Assembly (NCBI GenBank): GCA_963753595.1
Contig: CAVWCX010000018.1
Span: 62,262-126,261, forward strand
Length of the DNA stretch: 64,000 bases
DNA from: Candidatus Methanoperedenaceae archaeon
GTDB lineage: Archaea > Halobacteriota > Methanosarcinia > Methanosarcinales > Methanoperedenaceae
Reading direction: 5' to 3'
The notes beneath the pieces are model-generated. The model was given only the letters and a program-made list of their open reading frames with translations. It ran no database searches and had not been told where the DNA came from. Shown piece after piece: positions 19,304 to 28,642 of this stretch. The position numbers and the translations under genes were made by a program. Numbering within the stretch: the stretch's first letter is position 1; each line of letters begins with the position of its first letter.

Positions 19304-19439
19304 ATAAATAGTTGGTGATTATTGGATATCGTTTCAAATCGTGCTGGTAGTCTAAAGTGCAATAGAATAACTACATGCCCATACATATCCTAAACAAGAC
19401 ATTTATATAAGCGCATGGTTAATTATATATTGAATTATC

Positions 19440-19688
19440 ATGCAAAAAGAAATTTTCAAGCGCATCGTATACGACCCCAATATTCTCGGAGGAAAACCAG
19501 TTATTAAAGGAACTCGCATATCTGTAGAGCTACTGCTGGAACTGCTGGCAAATAACTGGACCCATGAAGAGATAATGGAGAACTATCCCCATATCAAAAA
19601 AGAGGATATCCTTGCAGCTTTAGAGTATTCACTCTTGCTCCTGAAAGAAGAACATATTTATATAATTCCCGAAAAGGCTACTGCTTGA
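19440..19688 (+). CDS. DUF433 family antitoxin
   Basis: DPNILGGKPVIKGTRISV, EEI..NYP, EDI.AAL.Y. Confidence 0.92.
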   Translation: MQKEIFKRIVYDPNILGGKPVIKGTRISVELLLELLANNWTHEEIMENYPHIKKEDILAALEYSLLLLKEEHIYIIPEKATA

Positions 19689-20059
19689 ACAATTTACTCA
19701 CCTTTTTGGCTGACGAGAACATCCCCTTCTATGTAGTTAAACAACTCCGGAATGAAGGATTTAAGATAATATCGGTTGTGGAGGAGTTCGCAGGATCGAG
19801 TGATGAGAAGATACTGGAAATATCTTCAAGAAATAAGTGGGTGATAATCACATTCGATAAAGATTTTGGAGAGCTGATATATAAGGAGAAATCTGATAAA
19901 CCAGCCGGAATTATTCTCTTGCGAGTGATCCCTAAATCGCCTGCGTATATATTGCAAGTATTAAAATGGCTTTTATTAGAGAAAAAACTCTCATTTGTAG
20001 GAAATTTCGTAGTTGTAAATAAAGATAAAGTTAGAACCATAAAAATCAGTGATTTTTAA
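19685..20059 (+). CDS. DUF5615 PIN-like toxin
   Basis: FLADENIP, SDEKIL, ITFDKDFGEL; overlaps the DUF433 stop. Confidence 0.9.
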   Translation: MNNLLTFLADENIPFYVVKQLRNEGFKIISVVEEFAGSSDEKILEISSRNKWVIITFDKDFGELIYKEKSDKPAGIILLRVIPKSPAYILQVLKWLLLEKKLSFVGNFVVVNKDKVRTIKISDF

Positions 20060-20222
20060 TTAATTGGGAGTATAACCTTATACGACAAAGCACACGATAG
20101 TTCCCTATATTTGTAAATTATGTTATGGCTCCCGCGCATAAAACTACTTGTTGCATGCTGTACAATGGAATCGATTGGTACAATAAGAAGCCCTGACTGG
20201 CAACATACCACTCAGTACTGCG

Positions 20223-20900
20223 CTATGCAATTAACACAGAGATTATTCCTGTCAGGAATATCCCATCAAATGTCCCTGCCCCGCCAATTGAAGCCATTTG
20301 CGTCCCAAGGCCCGGGATCTTTTTCAAATTTAACAGGTCAGCTCCAATAAGGCAGCCAAGCGTCCCTGAAATATATGCGAGGATGGGTGCATTTTGAGGA
20401 GAGATCAATAGAGCAAGACCGGCAGCTGCGATAGGGGGAAGTAATGCGGGAACAGCTATTCCCAATCCTTTCACAGGTCTTGCTATCATATGGATAAAAA
20501 CAGTCATAATAAATACCCCGATCAGTACTTCAAACGGGTTAACCATAGTTATTAGGAAACCGGATACCAGTACTGGAATTACAGCTCCCCCCAGGTTTAC
20601 CGCTATGATTGTTCGATGCTCTACTTCAACAGGCGGAATCACATACCTGATCCAATAGAGATCTATGACCCTGCCTGATACGACTGGTTCGTGTGATATA
20701 ATCTCCTTGACAGGGATATTAACATGGCTGCCTATCAACGGACAAGAATAAGAGAAGAACTGAATACAGGGGAGGGAAACCAAGTTTTCTGAAAGCTAAA
20801 CCAATGAGGTCGACGCTTATGAGAATAAAAACAATTCCAAGTATCAAAAATAGCAGTACTGTAAATGAAGTTGTTATCCTCTGGTTGACAAGACGGACAT
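20223..20900 (-). pseudogene. DUF1614 membrane protein with two frameshifts (pseudogene or assembly error)
   Basis: The C-terminal frame has GSHVNIP, AVNLGGAVIP, SIGGAGTFDGIF. The N-terminal part (RLVNQRITT...AFRKLGF) is in another frame. Shifts occur at about 20740 and next to the ATG at 20900. Confidence 0.75.
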
Positions 20901-21023
20901 CTTAGACCTGTATAAATGCTTTATTTAATAAACTAACTGATTCTTTTTTCATGGCATATATAAAGAGATGCTGCAAAAACATGCCAATAATGCTTAAATA
21001 TGATACGGCTATTATATTATTAA

Positions 21024-21161
21024 ATGAGCAGGGAAATTGAAGCTTTTGCAGAGCATAAAGCACACTGGGTTACTATTTCCAGTGATGAATACGAATCTAT
21101 GAAATCAACTCTGGAAGTTCTTTCAGATTCCGAACTCATAAGAATTATCCAGACACTCTAA
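21024..21161 (+). pseudogene. Short/truncated orphan antitoxin-like ORF (45 aa)
   Basis: MSREIEAFAEHKAHWVTISSDEYESMKSTLEVLSDSELIRIIQTL resembles the Phd/YefM-type 'EYESxxxTLExLSD' tail; no cognate toxin follows. Confidence 0.5.
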
Positions 21162-21220
21162 AAAAATATAAGTATGACTGAATACTTATAAGTCTATTAA
21201 AAAGTAATGTTGAGGAGAAT

Positions 21221-24067
21221 TTGAGCAAAGATCTTAATGAATTTTTAACCCGAAAACAAAGGATCGATGTCATGCTCAAGGAGCAGGGGTGGGTCATAGG
21301 AGAAAGGGAGAAAATAATTGTAGAGGTCGATACAAAACAATCGGACTTTCGCGCACAGAACTATAAAACAGTCTCACAGACCTTGAAAAACGACATGGAG
21401 AGTAAATATGTAGATTATCTGCTTCTTGACAGGTTCGGTGCGCCCATAGCTATCATTGAAGCAAAACGGACATCTCGTGACCCTATTCTTGCAGCGCAAA
21501 AACAGGCACAGGAGTATGCGAATGATATTAAAGCGCAGACGGGAAGGGATGTTTTTATATTCTTATCAAATGGATACGAGATATGGTTCTGGGACCGGGA
21601 ACATTATGGCCCAAGACAGGTAAAAGGATTTTTTTCACATAGCGATCTTGAGAGGTTGAAATTCCAGGGTCTGGCAAGAAAAAAATTGACTGATTTTGCT
21701 ATAGATAGAAGAATTGTTGACCGCTCAAAAAGTACTGAATCCGCAAAAAGAGTTCTGGAGCATATCCATAAAGGAAATCGCAAAGCTCTCATCGTGATGG
21801 CAACCGGGACAGGAAAAACAAGAGTTGCTATGGCGATAATCGATGTACTTTTAAAAGCGAACTGGGCGCAGAAGATACTTTTCCTTGCTGACAGAAGGGC
21901 GCTTCGAAAACAGGCGTGCGATGATGGATTTAAGCGATTTTTCCCTGAAGAGTCAAAATCTATGATTCATTCCGGTGTTTTTAACAGGAATTCAAGGCTT
22001 TACGTATCAACGATCCAGACATTCATGGAGATTTACAATCAAAAGGATAGTTCAGGGAAATATATGATATCGCCCGGGGAATTTGATGTTATTATCTCTG
22101 ATGAAGCTCACCGTTCCATATACAACAAATGGAAAGATGTATTCACGTATCTTGACGGGATACAAATCGGTCTTACAGCAACTCCTGCTGATTTTATCGA
22201 AAGGGATACCTTCAGGTTCTTTGGCTGTGAAAATAAAGTTGCGACAGCGCTTTATGATTATGAGGAAGCTGTAAGGGATGGCGTGCTTTGTGATTTCAGA
22301 AAGAACATATCGGGCGCCAGGACTCATTTCCAGATAGAAGGTATAAAAACACCTGATCTGCCCGTTGGCGAGATAAACAGGTTATCCGGAGAGGGTATTG
22401 ATCCTTATGAGATCAATTTTGAAGGAACTGATCTTGAGAAAAAGGTGGCTGTAAAAGGAACAAGTGAAGCTATAGCCAGGGAATTCATGGATAATTGCCT
22501 TGTTGAGCAATCGGGAAATCTTCCTGCAAAAACAATTATATTTGCTATCTCAAAAATGCATGCGAAGAGATTGTGGGAAGCTTTTGAGAGATTATATCCT
22601 GAATATAAGGGACGTCTTGTGCGTGTGATTGTCTCAGAAGACCCACGGGCTCAGGCTTCGATCAAAGAGTTCAAGGAAGAATCTCTGCCAAGGATAGCGA
22701 TATCAGTAGATATGCTGGACACCGGCATTGATGTCCCGGAGGTCTGCAATCTTGTTTTTGCCAAGCCTGTTTTTTCAAGGATCAAGTTCTGGCAGATGCT
22801 TGGAAGAGGGACGCGTTCTGATGATGCCTGCAGGCATAAGGAGTGGCTGCCGGATGGGAAAAAAGTTTACTTCAAGGTATTTGATTTCTGGGATAATTTC
22901 GAGTACTGGGATATGCATCCTGAGGGCGACCAGAAAGAATCCGGGGAAGCGATTACGAACAGGATATTCCTTATCAGGCTCAGGCAGCTTGGGCATTGCC
23001 TGAATGTTGGCGATGTGGAGAAAGCGGAAGGTATTAAAAAGAAACTCCTTGAAGATATTGCATCGCTGCCAAAGGATTCGGTGAGCGTTCGGGAGAGCCT
23101 GATGGATGTAGAGAAAGCACTTTCCCCGAAACTCTGGGATAATGTGGGACTTGACCCGGTTGAATTCCTGAAGAAGAAAATCACTCCGCTTATGAGATTC
23201 AAGCAGGATGTGAACCTGAATGAGGCTTCTTTTATCCTTAAATGCGAAAAACTGGGTGTGGCAATCCTGCATGGGAACAGGGAAGAGGTGGAACGGTTAA
23301 AACCAAAGATAGGGGAGATGGTGGACTGCCTGCCTGAAGAGCTGAATATTATCAAACCAAAGCTCGCATTTAAAGAAAAAGTGCTTTCAAACAGGTTCTG
23401 GGAGAATGTTTCTTTTGAGGATTCTCAGATGCTGATATCGGAACTTGCAAAACTGATGAAATACATGGCGTCAGAGCCTCGAAAGACTATTGTTCTTGAC
23501 ATGGATGATATGATACAGCAAAGGAAACTTATCGAGTTCGGACCCGATGCGAAGCAGGAGTATGTGAAGGTCTATAAGGAGAAAGTCGAGGACAGGATAA
23601 AGAGGCTGGCTGATGAGCATCCTGCAATATTAAAGATCAAGAATAATGAGATGTTGACCGAATCTGACCTTCGCGACCTTGAATTGACGCTCAACAATCC
23701 TGAATTGTATATTACTGAGGATGTTTTGCAGAAAGTTTATACTCAAAATAAGGGCACGCTTGTTCAGTTCGTCAAGAATATCCTGGGATTATACAAATTC
23801 CCTGACCCGGCTGTGAGGATCAAGGATGCCTTCGATACCTATATAATCGAGAATAGCAGGCGCTACAACGCTGACCAGCTTAATTTTATCAGGACTGTGC
23901 AGACGGTCTTTTCGAAGAAGAAACACATAGAATATTCAGAGCTATACGATGCGCCGTTCACGAATTTTGGTATTAATGCGCCCATGCCCATGTTCACTGA
24001 GAGTGAATTGAATGATTTTATTAGCATCTGCGGTGTATTAGAGAAGGAAATATATGCGGAGGCTTGA
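21221..24067 (+). CDS. hsdR: Type I restriction endonuclease subunit R (EcoEI/type IB-like)
   Basis: VDYLL...IEAK nuclease motif, MATGTGKT, DEAHRS, LTATP, QMLGRGTR. Confidence 0.95.
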   Translation: MSKDLNEFLTRKQRIDVMLKEQGWVIGEREKIIVEVDTKQSDFRAQNYKTVSQTLKNDMESKYVDYLLLDRFGAPIAIIEAKRTSRDPILAAQKQAQEYANDIKAQTGRDVFIFLSNGYEIWFWDREHYGPRQVKGFFSHSDLERLKFQGLARKKLTDFAIDRRIVDRSKSTESAKRVLEHIHKGNRKALIVMATGTGKTRVAMAIIDVLLKANWAQKILFLADRRALRKQACDDGFKRFFPEESKSMIHSGVFNRNSRLYVSTIQTFMEIYNQKDSSGKYMISPGEFDVIISDEAHRSIYNKWKDVFTYLDGIQIGLTATPADFIERDTFRFFGCENKVATALYDYEEAVRDGVLCDFRKNISGARTHFQIEGIKTPDLPVGEINRLSGEGIDPYEINFEGTDLEKKVAVKGTSEAIAREFMDNCLVEQSGNLPAKTIIFAISKMHAKRLWEAFERLYPEYKGRLVRVIVSEDPRAQASIKEFKEESLPRIAISVDMLDTGIDVPEVCNLVFAKPVFSRIKFWQMLGRGTRSDDACRHKEWLPDGKKVYFKVFDFWDNFEYWDMHPEGDQKESGEAITNRIFLIRLRQLGHCLNVGDVEKAEGIKKKLLEDIASLPKDSVSVRESLMDVEKALSPKLWDNVGLDPVEFLKKKITPLMRFKQDVNLNEASFILKCEKLGVAILHGNREEVERLKPKIGEMVDCLPEELNIIKPKLAFKEKVLSNRFWENVSFEDSQMLISELAKLMKYMASEPRKTIVLDMDDMIQQRKLIEFGPDAKQEYVKVYKEKVEDRIKRLADEHPAILKIKNNEMLTESDLRDLELTLNNPELYITEDVLQKVYTQNKGTLVQFVKNILGLYKFPDPAVRIKDAFDTYIIENSRRYNADQLNFIRTVQTVFSKKKHIEYSELYDAPFTNFGINAPMPMFTESELNDFISICGVLEKEIYAEA

Positions 24068-24070
24068 AGG

Positions 24071-24379
24071 ATGAAAAAAAAGTTGCCCGGTGAGGTTTCA
24101 CTTTTTGTAAGGGTATTGAAGCAGCACTTGCCGGTTCTGGCAGAACGGTATAAGGTCAAGTATCTGGGAGTTTTCGGGTCTTATATCAGAGATGAACAAA
24201 AGCGCACAAGTGATCTTGACTTACTCGTGGAGTTTTATGAGACTCCAAGCCTTTTCCAGTATATCCGCTTTGAGAGCTACCTTAGTAAATTGCTGGGCGT
24301 GAAAGTGGACCTGGTTATGAAAGATGCTTTAAAACCTGCCATTGGAAAACATATTCTCAAGGAAGTTGTGGAGGTTTGA
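24071..24379 (+). CDS. Minimal nucleotidyltransferase (MntA-like antitoxin)
   Basis: FGSY.R.EQ...SDLDLLV, KVDLV. Confidence 0.92.
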   Translation: MKKKLPGEVSLFVRVLKQHLPVLAERYKVKYLGVFGSYIRDEQKRTSDLDLLVEFYETPSLFQYIRFESYLSKLLGVKVDLVMKDALKPAIGKHILKEVVEV

Positions 24380-24753
24380 CCGTGAAGCGGGAGTTCATAG
24401 ATTATCTCAATGATATTTTCAGCGCAATCGAGAAGGTTGAACTGTTCACGCAAGGCATGGATCTTGAGGAGTTTGTTGAAGATGAGAAAACCGTGTTCGC
24501 AGTTGTACGAGCCCTTGAGATAATAGGAGAAGCAGCAAAAAAAATCCCTGTTGAAGTGAGGGACCGTTACACGGATGTCCCCTGGCAGGAAATGGCTGGA
24601 ATACGGGATAAGCTAATTCATGAGTATTTCGGTGTAAAACTGGAAGTTGTCTGGAATACAGTTGAAAAAGACCTGCCAGAGCTGAAAATCTTTATTGCAG
24701 AGATGATTGAAGATACAAAACGGGAAAGAACAAAGAAAGTTGTTGAGCCTTAA
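24376..24753 (+). CDS. DUF86/HepT HEPN ribonuclease toxin
   Basis: [17 protein letters not shown] (Rx4HxY). Confidence 0.92.
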   Translation: MTVKREFIDYLNDIFSAIEKVELFTQGMDLEEFVEDEKTVFAVVRALEIIGEAAKKIPVEVRDRYTDVPWQEMAGIRDKLIHEYFGVKLEVVWNTVEKDLPELKIFIAEMIEDTKRERTKKVVEP

Positions 24754-24770
24754 TAGGATTTTGAAAAATG

Positions 24771-24902
24771 AAACCGCAGATAAAAGCAAATGAACACAGA
24801 TTTAAAAATTTAATATCATCATTCATCTGCGCCCTAAAACCAGTCTTTGCGCCCTCTGCGATGAGATTAAAATATGCACCGCAAAGAGCGCGAAGAACGC
24901 AG
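24771..24902. repeat. Composite of triple-repeat hairpin elements upstream of hsdS
   Basis: CCGCAGAT/AGCAAAT/CACAGAT ... ATCTGCG, then ctttgcgccctctgcgatg paired with caccgcaaagagcgcgaagaacgcag. Confidence 0.7.
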
Positions 24903-24917
24903 GGTCAGGAGCAATAA

Positions 24918-26147
24918 ATGGAGGCTCATGAGCGGCGCGCGCTTCCAGAAGGGTGGAAAATTGTTAAGTTAGGAGAGTTTAGCAATGTTTTCAATGGTAA
25001 AACTCCAAGTAAGAATGAACAGAGGGAAAAAGGGCATCCAATATTGAAAATAAAAGATATTAAAGAAAATGGTTGCTTTATCGGCATTTTTGATTCTTTT
25101 GTCGATGATAATTTCTTTGAGGATAACAAGTTTAAATGCATTAAAGAGGGGGACACATTAATTTTAAACGCGGCACATAATAGCGAATATGTTGGCTCAA
25201 AAAGTTGCTATATCTCTAGCTTCCAGAACAATGTTATTCCTACCGGAGAATGGCTTATTATTAGAAGTAACTCCGAATTATTTGATAACAGATTTAAACA
25301 TTTTTTATTGATATCGAATCTAATAAAAATAAATATAAAGGGCATTGTAAAAGGTATTCATTTATATCCAAAGGATGTGAAGAATTTAGAAATCCCCCTC
25401 CCCCCTCTCCCAACCCAGCGCCGCATCGTGTCAATCCTCGAAAAAGCCGATGAGACAAAGAAGCTCAGGGCGCAGGCGGATGAGCTTACGGACAGGCTGC
25501 TGCAAAGCGTGTTTCTGGAAATGTTCGGGGACTCGGCGAGGAATACGAAGGGGTGGGAGGGAGAAAAATTAGGGGAAGTTCTCTCCGAAAATCCACAAAA
25601 TGGACTATATAAACCATCAACAGACTACGGGGGAGGAACACCAATCCTGAGAATAGATTCTTTTTATAATGGCAGGATAACCAATATTGAGAAGCTTAAG
25701 CGTCTTAAATGTACTCAAGAAGAAATTGATAAATTCAAGCTTCAGGTTAGCGATATATTGGTAAATAGAGTTAATAGTCTTGAATATCTTGGAAAATGTG
25801 GTCTTGTTCAGAATCTTTTTGAAGATACAGTTTATGAATCCAATATGATGCGCATAAGACCAAGAAAAGATATACTCAATTCCACTTACCTGACGGCGTT
25901 TTTATGTACAAAATACATTAAAAAACAAATTCTTAGCAGAGCTAAAAAAGCAGTTAATCAAGCGAGTATCAATCAGGGGGATGTAACATCTCTTCCGATA
26001 TTGCTCCCTCCCCTCCCCCTCCAGCAAAAATTCGCCCGCATCGTAGAGATAATCGAATCCATGCGCCAATCGCAGAACCAATCAAAGCAGCAGATAGAGA
26101 ACTTGTTCAGCACCCTGATGCAGAAGGCGTTCAGGGGGGAAATATAA
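24918..26147 (+). CDS. hsdS: Type I R-M specificity subunit S (two TRDs)
   Basis: LPEGW, IPLPPLPTQRRIV, LPPLPLQQKF, LMQKAFRGE conserved regions. Confidence 0.94.
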   Translation: MEAHERRALPEGWKIVKLGEFSNVFNGKTPSKNEQREKGHPILKIKDIKENGCFIGIFDSFVDDNFFEDNKFKCIKEGDTLILNAAHNSEYVGSKSCYISSFQNNVIPTGEWLIIRSNSELFDNRFKHFLLISNLIKINIKGIVKGIHLYPKDVKNLEIPLPPLPTQRRIVSILEKADETKKLRAQADELTDRLLQSVFLEMFGDSARNTKGWEGEKLGEVLSENPQNGLYKPSTDYGGGTPILRIDSFYNGRITNIEKLKRLKCTQEEIDKFKLQVSDILVNRVNSLEYLGKCGLVQNLFEDTVYESNMMRIRPRKDILNSTYLTAFLCTKYIKKQILSRAKKAVNQASINQGDVTSLPILLPPLPLQQKFARIVEIIESMRQSQNQSKQQIENLFSTLMQKAFRGEI

Positions 26148-26219
26148 GACATTGGGAGGTTATTATTTTAGATGCTCCAAATACTTAATAAACAAGTAAT
26201 CATATTTTATATTTAAAAC

Positions 26220-26555
26220 ATGTCAGAAGCCATACGTTTTACACCACCGCCAAATATCGCGAAGGAATTAGATGTAATCCATGAACTTGGATTGTACAAA
26301 GACAAGAAAGACTTCATACTTGACGCGATAAATACAATGCTCTCTGCTAACAGGAATTTGCGAATTGCAATAGCCTGCAAACTATATGAAAAAGAAGAGA
26401 TCTCACTCGGAAAAGCCGCAGAGATCGTTGGTACAAGTATTGAAGAGATGAAAAAAATCCTATCTGATCACGGGATAAAACGTAAGGTTGGTGCATCTAT
26501 TCCAAAGACCAAAAGTCGTGCGAAGGCTGTGCTCAAAATACTTCGGGGCAATTAA
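26220..26555 (+). CDS. UPF0175 family antitoxin-like protein
   Basis: LYEKEEISLGKAAEIVG motif. Confidence 0.85.
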   Translation: MSEAIRFTPPPNIAKELDVIHELGLYKDKKDFILDAINTMLSANRNLRIAIACKLYEKEEISLGKAAEIVGTSIEEMKKILSDHGIKRKVGASIPKTKSRAKAVLKILRGN

Positions 26556-27025
26556 TGCAAACCGTCGTTGATACCGACTTTTTAAGTGCATTTTTCAAGA
26601 TCAATCGAGTGGGACTTATTTACGAAGCATTGGAAACGGATAAATTATGCGTTACGCAAGCTGTTTTTGAAGAACTCACAAAAGCTCCGTTTTTCGATCG
26701 TTTAGTGGAACTTATGGAAAAAATTGAGCTCATTAGAATAGATAAGCTGCATAAAAATGTTCAATCAGCAAAATTGGGAAAAGGAGAACTCGAATCGATT
26801 TCATATGCTTTAGAAACGAATTCAGTTCTTCTTACAAACGATAAAAAAGCGGGTGAGTTCGCGCAAGATTTGGGAATAAAAGTTCTGGACGTTGTTTCGT
26901 TTTTACTTCTTTGCAAGGAAATAGAATTAATTAGCGTGGACGATATTAAAAACATAATGTTTTCATTAAATAAATATGATTATATGGAATTCAGCCAGGA
27001 ACAAAGAAGATTATTGCTAAAATGA
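26555..27025 (+). CDS. DUF3368-like PIN domain toxin
   Basis: VVDTDFL, AVFEEL, LGKGELESI, LLTNDKKA. Confidence 0.85.
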   Translation: MQTVVDTDFLSAFFKINRVGLIYEALETDKLCVTQAVFEELTKAPFFDRLVELMEKIELIRIDKLHKNVQSAKLGKGELESISYALETNSVLLTNDKKAGEFAQDLGIKVLDVVSFLLLCKEIELISVDDIKNIMFSLNKYDYMEFSQEQRRLLLK

Positions 27026-27055
27026 GGATTTAAAGAAGTTTACTAATCTCTATAC

Positions 27056-27979
27056 TTAGCGCTTTTCGGGATTTAATGGAATAATTTCTTCGCATCTTGT
27101 TATCCTGTCAAGAACTTTATTTGCATAAGAGTCCACTGAATTGACAAGTTTATTAAGCCTGCTTTTTGTCTGAGTTCTCACTTTTTCAGGTAATTCTTCT
27201 TCATTCAATCCATCGCCATGAACCATGTCCCGGACGATCCTGTATAAATCATAGAGCTCCTCAAAATTATCATTAAAATACTCCCTGAAGTCCATGGAAA
27301 TCTCAGGCACATCGCTATAATACAATCGCTTGATCGAATATGCCTGTCTCAGGCGCAGGATGGCAGAATGAATAACACGGGCTTTAATAAAATCATCAGG
27401 TTCATTCTTCAGCATTATTTTGAGGTATTCAAGCTGCCTTATGCAGCCCTTGAGTTCAACCTGAAGGGCGATATCATTCATCTTCTTTCTTAACAGTTTT
27501 TCCCTCAATTCGGTGCCCATCAATGGCACGCTTTCCTTGAGAACTGTCAGCAGATACGATGGGGTCAGATCAAGCTGCTTTTTTAACTGACTCAAAGTAA
27601 AAACTTCCACCTGGATATTATGTTCCTTCAGCTCGGTCTTTAATTTATCATCTATTTTTTTACGGGTAATGAGCACAAGGTCGTAATCGGAGTCCTCCCT
27701 GTGGTCTCCTCTTGCCCTGCTTCCGTGAAAATATAGTCCCCTGACTGTATCCATGTAAGGTTTCAAAGCGGTTTCTACATGCTTTAAAATTGGAAATTTC
27801 CTGACAAATTCAGTAAATGCTGAGTGCATCGGTCTTTCTATCTCAAACCGTTTGCATCGGGTGCAGTACAGTCCTACCTTTTCTATACCCGGCGCCGATC
27901 TTCCATGCCTGATATAAGCTGAGACCATCATAGAGCCGCAGCAGCGGGGGCGCCTGAATATGTAGTTGCCTTTTCTCAT
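27056..27979 (-). CDS. Pol-beta-type nucleotidyltransferase with N-terminal Zn-ribbon and helical (HEPN-like) C-terminus
   Basis: CC...CTRC; HGSRARGD...SDYDL; C-terminal RIVRDMVHG. Confidence 0.72.
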   Translation of the reverse strand: MRKGNYIFRRPRCCGSMMVSAYIRHGRSAPGIEKVGLYCTRCKRFEIERPMHSAFTEFVRKFPILKHVETALKPYMDTVRGLYFHGSRARGDHREDSDYDLVLITRKKIDDKLKTELKEHNIQVEVFTLSQLKKQLDLTPSYLLTVLKESVPLMGTELREKLLRKKMNDIALQVELKGCIRQLEYLKIMLKNEPDDFIKARVIHSAILRLRQAYSIKRLYYSDVPEISMDFREYFNDNFEELYDLYRIVRDMVHGDGLNEEELPEKVRTQTKSRLNKLVNSVDSYANKVLDRITRCEEIIPLNPEKR

Positions 27980-28062
27980 TGAGGATTATTACGGGTCAAT
28001 AGTATAAAAGTGTATACACCATATAACAAAATAAGCATCGCTGCGAATGAGTTAGTTTTAAT

Positions 28063-28476
28063 TTATGGCAGGAAATGCGGATCATCTTTGATAGCCGCCA
28101 AACATTCATCCACAGACAAGCCAGTATAAATTTCAAGCCATTGCTCTGTGTGTCTCATGTACGAGAGATTAAAAAGACCATTACCAGCATATTCAAGATG
28201 TGCAAACTTTGTTTCAAAAAATGGCGATATTGCACGAGGGCCGGGGGAGTTGTACCTGGCGCAGAAGTGAAAGTAGTTGCGATACCACTTTGCATAAATC
28301 TCTGCTATGTAGTTGTAAGGTTTATCTTCACGCAGAGGCTTGATATATTCTGGCTTTAGGAACGATTCAATAAGTTCTGACGCTTTTGTTTCTACCTCTA
28401 TCTTTACATTTTCTGGCACTTGTGGCTTGGGAGGTTTTTCAGGAGGAAAGAACCATCCTTTTTGTCTTTTTTTCAT
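28063..28476 (-). CDS. Hypothetical protein (possibly DUF3024-like)
   Basis: 137 aa, protein-like composition, KFAHLEY...YMRHTEQW...D..F pattern. Confidence 0.6.
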   Translation of the reverse strand: MKKRQKGWFFPPEKPPKPQVPENVKIEVETKASELIESFLKPEYIKPLREDKPYNYIAEIYAKWYRNYFHFCARYNSPGPRAISPFFETKFAHLEYAGNGLFNLSYMRHTEQWLEIYTGLSVDECLAAIKDDPHFLP

Positions 28477-28556
28477 GTTATCTTGATCAATTTCAAATCT
28501 ATGTTATCCTATTTTTCAATCTGAATATCTGTAACTATGGCATATAAATATTTTCA

Positions 28557-28613
28557 GACAGGATGGACAGGATAAAACATTATATCGTATCCCGTTAATC
28601 CTGTTATCCTGTC
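28557..28613. repeat. Triple-repeat hairpin element (ACAGGAT type) upstream of hsdM
   Basis: GACAGGAT-GGACAGGAT-aaaacatt, loop, then ATCCCGTT-AATCCTGTT-ATCCTGTC. Confidence 0.75.
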
Positions 28614-28642
28614 AAAAAAACCATCGAAGGAGAACTAACACC

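Noticed and set aside
19256-19440. Cobalamin riboswitch upstream of cbiM
   Set aside because: The leader is too short and AT-rich and lacks B12-box motifs.
25391-26022. Phase-variable poly-C tracts in hsdS
   Set aside because: Runs are at most about 6 C and simply encode the conserved PLPPL motifs; the frame is intact.
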